From Vulcanimicrobiota bacterium (lineage in GTDB: Bacteria > Vulcanimicrobiota > Vulcanimicrobiia > Eremiobacterales > Eremiobacteraceae), in the NCBI GenBank assembly GCA_963805945.1, contig CAWDVP010000002.1:64001-128000 (forward strand): a stretch of DNA of 64,000 nucleotides, read 5' to 3'. Below are positions 28,692 through 38,034 of this stretch, piece after piece. The position numbers were made by a program, and so were the translations under genes. The stretch's first letter is position 1. The number at the start of each line of letters is the position of its first letter. A model generated the notes under the pieces. It was not told the DNA's origin. It made no database searches and saw only the letters and a program-made list of their open reading frames with translations.

Positions 28692-29713
28692 CCGGCGCCG
28701 ACCGCGCGCAAGCGAGTCACCAATGCGGCGAAATCATCGGGCCAGGGCGCATCAAAGGTCAGCGGCGCGCCGCTCACCGGATGCACGAAGCGCAAGCGCG
28801 CCGCGTGCAGCGCCTGCCGCTCGATGCCGAGGTCCGGATAGCCCCCGCCGTAGACGGGGTCGCCGACGACGGGATGTCCGATCGCGGCGCAGTGGACGCG
28901 GATCTGATGGGTGCGTCCGGTCTCGAGCGCGATGCGCAGCAGCGACGCGGCCATGCCGCGGTCCTTGGAGCGGTCGAGTTTACTCGACCGTTTCTTGCCT
29001 GACACCTTTTTCGTCTTTGGCGGCCGGACAGATTCGACCGCTCCAGGCGTTGCGATATCGAATGTCTCGGCGACGCGGTAGTGCGTCACCGCCCGCTTGC
29101 CCTCATGCCGGACCGCGAACTTCACCCGCGATGCCGGATCGCGCGCGAGGGGCGCGTCGATCGCACCGCTGCTCGCGGGCGGCACGCCCCACACCACGGC
29201 GTCGTACTCGCGCTCGACGAGATGGCCCGCGATCGCCGCGGAGAGCGCCCGCATCGCGCGCTCGGTCTTGGCGACGACGAGCAGTCCCGACGTCTCTTTG
29301 TCCAAGCGGTGCACGATGCCGGGGCGGATGGGGCCGTTGAGCTCCGGCAGCGGGCCGAGGGCCGCGAGCAGCGCATTGACGAGCGTGCCTCGTTCGCTGC
29401 CGGGCGCGGGATGCGTCGCCATACCGGCAGGCTTGTTCACGATGCAGATATCCGCGTCGTCGTAGACGATCGCGATGGGGATCGCCTCCGCGCGCGGCGC
29501 GAGCGCGCGACGCGGCGGCAGCACGGCGGTGACGGATTCCCCCGCCTTCAACAGATGCGACGGCTTGGCCGGGCGGTCGTCCACGCGCACGTGCCCGCTG
29601 CGGATGAGCGCGGCGATCTCGGTGCGGGAGCGGTCCGCGCGCAGCGCGAGCGTCGCGTCCAGACGAGTGCCCGCCTCGGTCGCCGTCGCCGAAAACGCGA
29701 CGGTCTCGTTCAC
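28688..29713 (-). CDS. rluD: RluA/RluD family pseudouridine synthase with a ~28-30 aa insertion
   Basis: S4 domain; NKPAG, GIVHRLDKETSGL, LETGRTHQIRVH, QALHA; follows lspA. Confidence 0.9.
   Translation of the reverse strand: MNETVAFSATATEAGTRLDATLALRADRSRTEIAALIRSGHVRVDDRPAKPSHLLKAGESVTAVLPPRRALAPRAEAIPIAIVYDDADICIVNKPAGMATHPAPGSERGTLVNALLAALGPLPELNGPIRPGIVHRLDKETSGLLVVAKTERAMRALSAAIAGHLVEREYDAVVWGVPPASSGAIDAPLARDPASRVKFAVRHEGKRAVTHYRVAETFDIATPGAVESVRPPKTKKVSGKKRSSKLDRSKDRGMAASLLRIALETGRTHQIRVHCAAIGHPVVGDPVYGGGYPDLGIERQALHAARLRFVHPVSGAPLTFDAPWPDDFAALVTRLRAVGAG
28967..29044. repeat. Inverted REP doublet (REPIN-like), family 2, inside rluD
   Basis: GGAG-CGGTCGAG TTTA CTCGACCG (28967-28990, +) and GGAG-CGGTCGAA TCTG TCCGGCCG (29044-29021, -). 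Confidence 0.8.
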
Positions 29714-30192
29714 GGGACTGGGGCGCTCTGCTCGGGCAGCGGTTCCACTTGACGCTTGCGATCCTGCAGAAGGATGCGGATGAGCAGCAGCACGACGCCG
29801 ATGCTGATCGCCGAATCGGCGACGTTGAACACCGGCCACCAGTGCAGGTCGACGAAGTCTACGACATAGCCGAAGCGCACGCGGTCGATGATGTTGCCGA
29901 GCGCGCCGCCGAGGATGAGGCCGAATGCGATGTGGGTGAGCGACCCGGAGCCGTCTTGCCTGTACCAATGATAGAACAGGAACACGACAGCCAGCGCGAT
30001 CGCCGCCAGCAGCAGCGGGTGCGAGCCGAACAGGCCGAACGCGCCGGCTCGGTTCTGCACGTAGGTCAGCCAGAGGCCGTGCGGGATCACGATGCGGCTC
30101 TCGTTCGGCAAGAAATGGCTCGAGAGGGCGTGCTTGGTGACCTGGTCGAGGGCGAGCACGATCGCCGCGACGAGAAAGAACAGCAATGACAT
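29710..30192 (-). CDS. lspA: Lipoprotein signal peptidase II
   Basis: DQVTK, N.AGAFG, GALGNIIDR, VVDF, FNVADS. Confidence 0.95.
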   Translation of the reverse strand: MSLLFFLVAAIVLALDQVTKHALSSHFLPNESRIVIPHGLWLTYVQNRAGAFGLFGSHPLLLAAIALAVVFLFYHWYRQDGSGSLTHIAFGLILGGALGNIIDRVRFGYVVDFVDLHWWPVFNVADSAISIGVVLLLIRILLQDRKRQVEPLPEQSAPVP

Positions 30193-30228
30193 ATCGTGCC
30201 CGCTTTTCCAGCGATGCGCCGACGAACC

Positions 30229-31035
30229 CTACTGGTAGGCTTCGACTAACGTCTCGAGGCGGCGCCCGGTGAGCAGCGAGATGTACGCCGGCACCAACGG
30301 CAGCACGCACGGCGAGATGAACGATACGACGCCTGCGAGGAACACCGCGCCGATCGTCAGCGCGCCGCCACCGACGTCGGGTCCCGTTCCAAGATTCGCG
30401 ATCGCCGGGAACTCTTTGTAGAGCCAGCCGGTGAATCGCAGGAACGAATTCGTGACGAGCACGAGACCCATGACGATGACGATGAGGCCCGCGATGACTT
30501 CGATCGCGGGCAGATACTTCTTGAACCGCTTCAGCAACGGCAGGACGTAATTGAGACCGAGCGCCGTGATGATGAACGGCAGCCCCAATCCCAGCGAATA
30601 GACGAACAGATACATCGTCCCCTTGGCGACGCTCTCCGTGCTGCTCGCCAGGGCGATCACCGCCGCGAGCACGGGACCGATGCAGGGCGACCAGCCGGCC
30701 GCGAAACCGATGCCCGCGAGCAGCGTCGCGGGATACGAGGTGCTCGTGTGTTCGAAATGCAGGCGCTTGTCCATCGCGAGCATCGGAATGCGGAACAGGC
30801 CCACCATGTTGAGCCCGAGAAGGATGACGATGACGCCGAACACGCGCGTGATGACGACTTGATGGTCTTTGAACGCCTGTCCGAGGGCGCTGGCGCTTGC
30901 GCCGGCGGCCACGAAGATGAGCGTGAAACCCAAGACGAAGACCAGCGAGTGCGCGAGCAGCTCGCGGCGCACGTCAAGCCGCGCTGGGGCGGTCGTCTGC
31001 GGCTCGGCCGGCGCCTTTACCTGAGCTGAATCCAC
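30229..31035 (-). CDS. ccdA: CcdA/DsbD-beta thiol-redox transporter, circularly permuted
   Basis: FVLGFTLIFV, GWSPCIGPVL and YSLGLGLPF motifs; the FLAGVVSFISPCVLPLVPAY motif lies at the C-terminus. GTG start at 31035 inferred from the RBS. Confidence 0.85.
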   Translation of the reverse strand: MDSAQVKAPAEPQTTAPARLDVRRELLAHSLVFVLGFTLIFVAAGASASALGQAFKDHQVVITRVFGVIVILLGLNMVGLFRIPMLAMDKRLHFEHTSTSYPATLLAGIGFAAGWSPCIGPVLAAVIALASSTESVAKGTMYLFVYSLGLGLPFIITALGLNYVLPLLKRFKKYLPAIEVIAGLIVIVMGLVLVTNSFLRFTGWLYKEFPAIANLGTGPDVGGGALTIGAVFLAGVVSFISPCVLPLVPAYISLLTGRRLETLVEAYQ

Positions 31036-31070
31036 TGCTGCGCGTCCTGCTCCCTTGCTGGAGGTGTTGA

Positions 31071-31949
31071 TTGCTCGCTGTTCTCGATGCCGCATCTCAT
31101 TGGTTCACGTACCCGAGCATCGATCCCGTCGCCATCCACGTCTATAAGGATTTCGGCATCCGCTGGTATGGCCTGTCTTACGTTATCGGCGCCGTTTTGG
31201 TGTACCTCCAGTTGCAGAGCAAAGGCAGCCGGGCGCGCACCGGACTGACGGTCGACCAGGCGCAGGAATTCATCGTCTACACGATGATCGGCATCATCCT
31301 CGGCGGGCGTATCTTCTTTCTTTTCGCCGATATGCTCACGCCGCTGGCCAAGGGCGGCCATCCGTTCTCGTTCTATCTGAGCGACCCGATCCAGTTCATC
31401 GCCATCTGGAACGGCGGCATGGCGTTTCACGGCGGTCTGCTCGGCGGCATCGCCGGCGCCGTGCTGTACGTGCGCCGCATCAATCTGCCCATCTGGAAGA
31501 TCCTCGACGAGACCGTGCTGTGGATGCCGGTCGCGATCTTGCTCACGCGCATCACGAACTTCATCAATCACGAGCTGCCCGGCCGCTTGACGGACTCACC
31601 CGTCGGCTTCCAGTTCCCCGGCTACGACGGCTATCGCTATCCGTCGCAGCTGTTCGAGGGGCTCGGCATGATCGTCGTCGTGCTGCCGCTCGTGTGGCTC
31701 GTGCGCTCTCGCCCGGATATCTTCCGGCCAGGCGCGGTGTTCTGGACGTTCATCGCCGGCTACGGTCTCGTGCGCACCGTCGTCGAATTCTACCGCGAGC
31801 CGGGCATCGTGTACCTCGGGCTGACCGGCGCGCAATACTTGACGATCGCGATGGTGATCCTCGGCGTGGTGATGATCTGGCTGGGTCAACGGCAACCTGC
31901 GCAGCCGCCGCCGAAACAGACCAAGTCATCCGCCAAACCCCGCGTTTAG
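31071..31949 (+). CDS. lgt: Prolipoprotein diacylglyceryl transferase
   Basis: GGAGGT RBS; IRWYG, GGRI, GGMAFHGG, R.TNFIN.E, PSQLFE, R..VEFYREP. Confidence 0.92.
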   Translation: MLAVLDAASHWFTYPSIDPVAIHVYKDFGIRWYGLSYVIGAVLVYLQLQSKGSRARTGLTVDQAQEFIVYTMIGIILGGRIFFLFADMLTPLAKGGHPFSFYLSDPIQFIAIWNGGMAFHGGLLGGIAGAVLYVRRINLPIWKILDETVLWMPVAILLTRITNFINHELPGRLTDSPVGFQFPGYDGYRYPSQLFEGLGMIVVVLPLVWLVRSRPDIFRPGAVFWTFIAGYGLVRTVVEFYREPGIVYLGLTGAQYLTIAMVILGVVMIWLGQRQPAQPPPKQTKSSAKPRV

Positions 31950-32659
31950 GGACCGATATCTGCCAGAAGGATCCACACGGCGACGCCGTCGCGAAAGATG
32001 ATTATTTGATCGTGCGCGCAGGGGTAGCGCCCGCACGTGCCCGGCACGCGTGCGACCAAGACCGACCGATGTGCATCCACATGCCTCAACGAGGCAGCCG
32101 CGACATGCAGGATCGCGGCCACTTGTGTTGGGGACTGTCCGAGCCGTAGCCCGTGAGCTGAAATCACCCCGCCGAGATCGCGCTCGGGTATCGTCGCAGG
32201 CGGTGGGTCAGCATACGCGATGGCATCGCCTGTGAGATCGCCGTACTCGGACCACGCCGCGATATGATGTACGCGGTCGTATACCCAGCTCGAGCCCGAC
32301 CCCGCCGTCGGAAGCTCGAGTCCGTTCGCTGCGAGACCGTTCTTGTTTCGTATCCCGTGCCAGGCTGAGTAAGGCCCGGATCCAAAATGATCCGCGATCG
32401 ATGTCGGCACCTGGGGTTGCCAGGCCCAGGACCCGGGCTGTCCTATGATAGTGGCCCACTCTAGAACTGCCTCGCACATCCTCTCTTGCTCGGCGTGAAT
32501 TCCCCCCGGCGGCGCGTTTTGGCGCACGCACACGTTGCCTGCGCCAAGGACATACGACATAGTCGTGGCCCCAAGAGCGCTAACGCGCAATACGCCGAAA
32601 AGAGCAAGCGCCAACACGGCGGTGCCCGCACGCCTTGCGTGCAGCCACCGTCGGGTCAC
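31946..32659 (-). CDS. Secreted hypothetical protein
   Basis: GTG overlapping the ileS stop; signal-peptide-like N-terminus; C-terminal GLRLGQSP.QV motif; less biased codon usage. Confidence 0.55.
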   Translation of the reverse strand: MTRRWLHARRAGTAVLALALFGVLRVSALGATTMSYVLGAGNVCVRQNAPPGGIHAEQERMCEAVLEWATIIGQPGSWAWQPQVPTSIADHFGSGPYSAWHGIRNKNGLAANGLELPTAGSGSSWVYDRVHHIAAWSEYGDLTGDAIAYADPPPATIPERDLGGVISAHGLRLGQSPTQVAAILHVAAASLRHVDAHRSVLVARVPGTCGRYPCAHDQIIIFRDGVAVWILLADIGP

Positions 32660-35600
32660 TATAGCGGCGCCTTCTGGAGAGTGACCGATAGACCGTCTCC
32701 TGAGGCGACATCGATCTTGATCGCCAACGTCTGTTGCTTGATGTAGTCTTGCCACGCGGCGATCGCTTCTGCATATTCGGCGTTCGCCGCGATTCTCACG
32801 GTGACGCGATCGGCGATGTGCAGCGCCGCACTCTTGCGCGCGTCCTGCACCGCGCGCACCACTTCGCGCGCCAATCCCTCGAGCGCGAGCGCCTTGTCCA
32901 CGCGCGTGTCGAGCGCGACGAGCATGCCGTGGGTTTCCGCGGACGCGAAACCCTGCGCCGACTTGCTGTCCACCAGCACGTCCTCGGGTTCGAGCCTGAA
33001 CGTGTGTCCGTCGGCGGACACGTCGAACGATCTGCCGGCTGCGACGGCGACAGCGATGGCGCGGGCGTCCGCCGCATCGAGCGCTTTGCGCAGCGCGCCC
33101 AGCTGTTTGCCGAAGCGCGGGCCAAGGCGCGGAAGGTTCGGCCGCAAGGCATACTCGATGAACGTCGCGTCCAGGCCGACCGCCTGGACGTCCTTGACGT
33201 TGAGCTCCTCGAGCACGAGCGGCCGGAAGCGCGCGAGCGCGTCTGCGTCTGTGCGCGAGCGCGGCCGCACGTATGCGACCGGCAACGGCTGCCGCGTCTT
33301 GATCTTCGCCGTGGCGCGGACCTGACGGCCGAGGTCCACCGTCTCCTGGGCGACGCGCATCGCGCGCACGAGCGACTCGTCCGTGCCGCCCGCCTTGGCG
33401 ACTGGCCACGCGGCGAGATGCACGCTCTCGGGCGCGCCTTCATCCATCGAACGCACGAGCATCTGATACAGCGACTCCGCGACGAACGGCGCGAACGGCG
33501 CGATCATCTTCGCCGTGACCACAAGGCACTCGTAGAGGGTGCGATAGGCGGCGGTCTTGTCGTCGGACGTCCCAGACGCCCAGAAGCGGTCGCGCGACAA
33601 GCGCACGTACCAATTGGACAGCTCGTCGACGAACGTCTCGATCGCGCGGCCCGCGCCTTGCGCGTCGTACGCCTCCAGCCGCGCGGTCACGTGGGCGAGC
33701 ACCTCGTTCAGCCGCGCGACGGCCCAGCGGTCCATATCGCTCCGCCGTTCGAGCGGCACGTCTTTCGGCACGCCGATGCCGTCATCGTTGGCGTACAGAG
33801 TGAAGAAGTTGACGGTGTTCCACAGCGTGTTGAAGAGCGCGTGCGTGCCGTCGCGCACCAGCTCCACCGACACGCGCTTCGACGCGCCAGGAGAGGTCGC
33901 GGTGAGCAGGTACCAGCGCAGCGCGTCGGCGCCGACCGAGTCGAAGAGCTCCCACGCGTCGACGACGTTGCCCTTGCTCTTGCTCATCTTCTCGCCCTTG
34001 TCGTCCACGACATGGCCGGTGCAGATGACGTTGCGATATGCGGGCGATGCGAAGAGCATGGTCGAGATCGCGTGCAGGCTATAGAACCAGCCGCGCGTCT
34101 GATCCACCGCTTCGCAGATGAAGTCCGCCGGGAAGCTGCGCTTGAAGAGCGCGTCGTGCTCGAACGGGTAGTGCCACTGCGCGTACGGCATCGAGCCCGA
34201 GTCGTACCAGGCGTCGATGACCTCGGGGACGCGCCGATACTCCTTGCCGTTGCGCGTGAAGGTTATTTCATCGATCGCCGGACGGTGCAGATCTAGGGCA
34301 GACAGATCGCGGCCGCACAGCTCCGCCAACTGCTTCACCGAGCCGACGCAGACGTATTCCGTGCCGTCGGTCCAGAGCGGCAGTGGCGTGCCCCAGAACC
34401 GTTCGCGCGACAGCGCCCAGTCGACGTTGTTCTCCAGCCAGTTGCCGAAGCGACCCTGCTTCACGTTCTCGGGCACCCAATTGATCTTCTCGTTGTTGGC
34501 GATCAACTGCGCTTTGAACTCGGTCGTGCGGATGAACCACGCGGTCTTGGCGATGTAGAGCAGCGGGTCGTCGGTGCGCCAGCCGAACGGATAGGTGTGG
34601 CGGATCGTGCCGCTGCGGAACATCAGGCCGCGTTTCTTGAGGTCCGCGACGATTGGCGGATCGGCGTCCTTGAAGAACTTGCCGGCGGCCACGGTCACTT
34701 CTGCCACCACGTGGCCGGTGAGATCGACGCTGTAGTAGATGGGTAGATCGCGCGCCTTGCCCAGTGCGAGGTCGTCCGGGCCGTACGCCGGCGCGACGTG
34801 CACGACGCCCGTGCCGTCTTCTGTGGTCACGAACGGCGCGGGGATGACGTAGTGCTTGTCTTTGTCGTCCACGCAATAGTCGTACAGCGGCTGGTAGCGC
34901 GTGCCCGCGAGCTCTGCGCCGCGCACGCGCCGCGTTACCGTCAGCGGCTCATCGCCGAACACCTTTGCCAGCAGCGGCTCCGCGACGATCAGCTTCTCGC
35001 CTTCGCGCTCGACCACGGCATACATCACATCGGGATGCACGGCGAGCGCCATGTTCGCCGGCAGCGTCCACGGCGTCGTGGTCCACGCGAGGAACGACGT
35101 GGATGGATCGTCGGCGAGCCGGAAGCGCACGAAGACCGACGGGTCGTCGACTTCTCGATAGCCGAGCGCGACCTCGGCGTCCGACAGCGTCGCGCCGATG
35201 CGCGGATCGTACGGCACCGACTTGTAGTCCTGTTGGATGAGGCCGCGATCCCACAGCTCTTTGAGCGACCACCACACGCTCTCGATATAGGTGTTGTCGA
35301 GCGTGACGTACGGGTGTTCCAGATCCACCCAGTACGCCATGCGCTCCGTCATGCGGCCCCAGTCCTCGACGTAGCGGTAGACGCTCTCGCGACAGCGGCG
35401 GTTGAACTCGGCGATGCCGACCTCAGCCTCGAGCACGCTCTTGTCGAGGATGCCGATCTCTTTCTCTATCTGATGCTCGACCGGCAAGCCGTGCGTATCC
35501 CAGCCCGCTTTGCGGCCCACGTGCCGCCCGCGCATGGTCCAAAAGCGCGGGAAGAGATCCTTGAACGCGCGCGTCAGCACGTGATGCACGCCCGGCTTGC

Positions 35601-35772
35601 CGTTGGCGGTAGGCGGGCCTTCGTAGACGATGAACGGCTCGCCGCCTCTTGTCTGCTCGAGCGAATGCTCGAAGATCTTCGCCTTCTGCCAGAACTCGAG
35701 CGTCTCGCGCTCGCGCGCAGGCGCGTCGGGCAGTTCGCCGGGCGAGGGGAAGACCGGTCGTGGGGCCGTCAT
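32659..35772 (-). CDS. ileS: Isoleucine-tRNA ligase, type 2 (IleRS2)
   Basis: YEGPPTANGKPGVHH, GWDTHGLPVE, WTTTPWTL, DWALSRERFWGTPLP, DQTRGWFY, KMSKSKGN; IleRS2-type C-terminus without a zinc finger. Confidence 0.96.
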   Translation of the reverse strand: MTAPRPVFPSPGELPDAPARERETLEFWQKAKIFEHSLEQTRGGEPFIVYEGPPTANGKPGVHHVLTRAFKDLFPRFWTMRGRHVGRKAGWDTHGLPVEHQIEKEIGILDKSVLEAEVGIAEFNRRCRESVYRYVEDWGRMTERMAYWVDLEHPYVTLDNTYIESVWWSLKELWDRGLIQQDYKSVPYDPRIGATLSDAEVALGYREVDDPSVFVRFRLADDPSTSFLAWTTTPWTLPANMALAVHPDVMYAVVEREGEKLIVAEPLLAKVFGDEPLTVTRRVRGAELAGTRYQPLYDYCVDDKDKHYVIPAPFVTTEDGTGVVHVAPAYGPDDLALGKARDLPIYYSVDLTGHVVAEVTVAAGKFFKDADPPIVADLKKRGLMFRSGTIRHTYPFGWRTDDPLLYIAKTAWFIRTTEFKAQLIANNEKINWVPENVKQGRFGNWLENNVDWALSRERFWGTPLPLWTDGTEYVCVGSVKQLAELCGRDLSALDLHRPAIDEITFTRNGKEYRRVPEVIDAWYDSGSMPYAQWHYPFEHDALFKRSFPADFICEAVDQTRGWFYSLHAISTMLFASPAYRNVICTGHVVDDKGEKMSKSKGNVVDAWELFDSVGADALRWYLLTATSPGASKRVSVELVRDGTHALFNTLWNTVNFFTLYANDDGIGVPKDVPLERRSDMDRWAVARLNEVLAHVTARLEAYDAQGAGRAIETFVDELSNWYVRLSRDRFWASGTSDDKTAAYRTLYECLVVTAKMIAPFAPFVAESLYQMLVRSMDEGAPESVHLAAWPVAKAGGTDESLVRAMRVAQETVDLGRQVRATAKIKTRQPLPVAYVRPRSRTDADALARFRPLVLEELNVKDVQAVGLDATFIEYALRPNLPRLGPRFGKQLGALRKALDAADARAIAVAVAAGRSFDVSADGHTFRLEPEDVLVDSKSAQGFASAETHGMLVALDTRVDKALALEGLAREVVRAVQDARKSAALHIADRVTVRIAANAEYAEAIAAWQDYIKQQTLAIKIDVASGDGLSVTLQKAPL

Positions 35773-36899
35773 CGTTTCGCCGCCTGCTGCGCGCGCAGCG
35801 CCGACATGATGCTCTCTTCGCTGACGACGCCGGTCAGTTCGTCGTTCTCGAACACCGGCAGGCTGCGCGCGCCGCTCGTGATGAGCGCGGCGAAGGCGTC
35901 GCTTGCGTGCGCTTGAGGCGAGAGCCTCGGTAGGCGGGCTGTCGCGGTCATGATGGCGCTCACCGGCGTGTGGTCCCACATCGTCGGCGGCACGGCGCCC
36001 GTGTCGCGCGCGCTCACGAGGCCGACGAACGCGCCTTGATCGACGACCGGATAGCCGGCTTGCGTGCCCGCCGGCACTTGCTTGAGAAGGTCGGTGATCG
36101 TCGCGGCGGACGAAACCGGGATGAGCGTGCGTGCCATGCACTCCGCCACCGGCATACGCTCAAGCGCGAGATTGACGCGCGCCTGCCGGCCGCTCGCGAT
36201 CGCGGCCTGCAGCAAGAACAACGCGATCAGCACGAGCCAGATGCCGTTCCATTCACGCTGCGTCGCGAGATAGATGCCCGCGACTATGAGCAAGGCGGCG
36301 ATGGCGGCGCTTACCGCGCTGGCAGCGGCGGTGGCGCGCGCTTGGCTCCCCGTCACCTTCCATAGAGCGGCGCGCAAGAGGCGGCCGCCGTCGCTCGGGA
36401 ACGCGGGCAGCAGGTTGAACGCGGCGAGCACGAAGTTGGCGATCGCGAGGTACCAGCACAGCGTTTGGATCCAGTCCCAGTGCAGCCGTCCGGCGGCGCT
36501 CGCCAACCCGGCGGCGATCGCGCCGATCACCATGCTTGCGAGCGGACCGGCGGCCGCCATCCTCAATTCATCCCACGGCGTGCCCGGCTCACGCAGGATG
36601 CTCGCGACGCCGCCGAAGAGGAAGAGCGTGATGTTGCCGATGGGGATGCCGAGCCGGCGCGCGACGAGCGCGTGCGCGAACTCGTGGGCGATGACGCTGG
36701 CGAACAGCACGAGCGACGCGATGAGGCCCAGGACGATGCCGCTGTTGGTGGAGAGATGCGTGTTGTTCTGAGCCGCGATCGCTTGTGCGGCCATGGTGGC
36801 CCCGTAGGCGAAGAGCGCGTAGATGATGAGCCAGCTGGGGTGGATGGCGATCTCGATGCCGCTGATCGAGCCGAGCCGCCACGAGTTACGCACGAGCAT
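35769..36899 (-). CDS. Site-2 protease (M50) with CBS domains
   Basis: HEFAH, LFLFGGVA, AGP, FNLLPAFPSDGGR; two C-terminal CBS repeats. Confidence 0.93.
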   Translation of the reverse strand: MLVRNSWRLGSISGIEIAIHPSWLIIYALFAYGATMAAQAIAAQNNTHLSTNSGIVLGLIASLVLFASVIAHEFAHALVARRLGIPIGNITLFLFGGVASILREPGTPWDELRMAAAGPLASMVIGAIAAGLASAAGRLHWDWIQTLCWYLAIANFVLAAFNLLPAFPSDGGRLLRAALWKVTGSQARATAAASAVSAAIAALLIVAGIYLATQREWNGIWLVLIALFLLQAAIASGRQARVNLALERMPVAECMARTLIPVSSAATITDLLKQVPAGTQAGYPVVDQGAFVGLVSARDTGAVPPTMWDHTPVSAIMTATARLPRLSPQAHASDAFAALITSGARSLPVFENDELTGVVSEESIMSALRAQQAAKR

Positions 36900-36911
36900 G
36901 TGTTCTTTTCT

Positions 36912-38021
36912 TTATCTCTCGGGGCGCAGCGCGCCTTCGGTGAGCGCCTGCAGCCAATCGAAGGCAAGCGCGGCGCGCGCCTGCAGGGCGGGCACGCGCG
37001 CCGCCAGATGCGCGCGTAGTTCCGCGCGCTGCGCCCACAACCGATCCACCAGCTCGTCGCCCGCGCTATCGCGCTGCAGCGGCGGCAGCGGATAACCGAG
37101 ACTACCCGTCAGCGCCGCCACCTTCGGATCGTACGGCACCGCCAGGAAGGGTACTGCCAGACGCGCTGCGAGGATCAGTGCGTGCAAGCGCATCGAGATG
37201 ACCGCCGAGCAGCGCGACAGCAGCGCCGTCATGGTCGGCAGGTCGTACCCGCCGCCGAGCAGCACGGGCGCGGACTTGCAGCGGCGGATCACCGTCGACG
37301 ACGCCTCCGCGTCGTGCGGCAGCTGCAGCGGCACGAACACGACCTGCGCATGCTCGCGCTGCGCGAGCCGGTCGACGGCAGACGCCAGCTTCTCCATCAC
37401 TTGGTCGAGCATCGGCCCTCGCCGGACCACCACCGCCACGAGCTCGCCGACGTCGTCGCGTAGACCCTCGCGCAGCAGCGCCTCGCGTGCGGCCGGCGTG
37501 ATGACATCGCTTGCGAGGAACACCGGATCCGCGCTCAAGCGGACGTCGACGTTCGGCAGCAGCGCCTGCAGCGTGCCCTGGCTTACCTCATCGCGGACGC
37601 ACGCGAGATCGACGTTGGCGCACGCGCGCTTCACGACTTCGCGGCCGAAATAGTTCAGCGGCCCGATGCCCTGCGCGAAGATCGCGGCCTTCTTGCCGCC
37701 GCGTTTCGCCTCGCGGATGATGCTCGCGTAGTAGAGCAGGCTGCGCAGGCTCGTCGCGCTTTGGAGCAGGCCGCCGCCGCCGCTCACCACCACGTCGGAG
37801 CCGCTCACCGCGGCCACGACCGCGCCCCAGTTCATGCGCGGCACCGCCTCGAGCCCGTAGAGCTTGCGCGTCTCATCGGGTTGCTCCGACAGCACGCGGA
37901 TGAGGTCGGCCGGGCGGCGGCGCGCCCATTCGTCGGCGAAGACGCGCAGGATCGCCTCGTCACCGAAGTTGCCGAATCCGTAGTAGCCCGAGAGGAGCAG
38001 CCGCGCGGGGCGTTCCGTCAT
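36912..38021 (-). CDS. csaB: Polysaccharide pyruvyl transferase
   Basis: SGYYGFGNFGDEAIL, SGGGGLLQ..TS.RSL.YY, AQGIGP, MRLHALI, YDPKV. Confidence 0.9.
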   Translation of the reverse strand: MTERPARLLLSGYYGFGNFGDEAILRVFADEWARRRPADLIRVLSEQPDETRKLYGLEAVPRMNWGAVVAAVSGSDVVVSGGGGLLQSATSLRSLLYYASIIREAKRGGKKAAIFAQGIGPLNYFGREVVKRACANVDLACVRDEVSQGTLQALLPNVDVRLSADPVFLASDVITPAAREALLREGLRDDVGELVAVVVRRGPMLDQVMEKLASAVDRLAQREHAQVVFVPLQLPHDAEASSTVIRRCKSAPVLLGGGYDLPTMTALLSRCSAVISMRLHALILAARLAVPFLAVPYDPKVAALTGSLGYPLPPLQRDSAGDELVDRLWAQRAELRAHLAARVPALQARAALAFDWLQALTEGALRPER

Positions 38022-38034
38022 GCGCCGCCGTACG

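Noticed and set aside
35772..35900. T-box leader for ileS
   Set aside because: The ileS start overlaps the upstream protease stop, so there is no leader.
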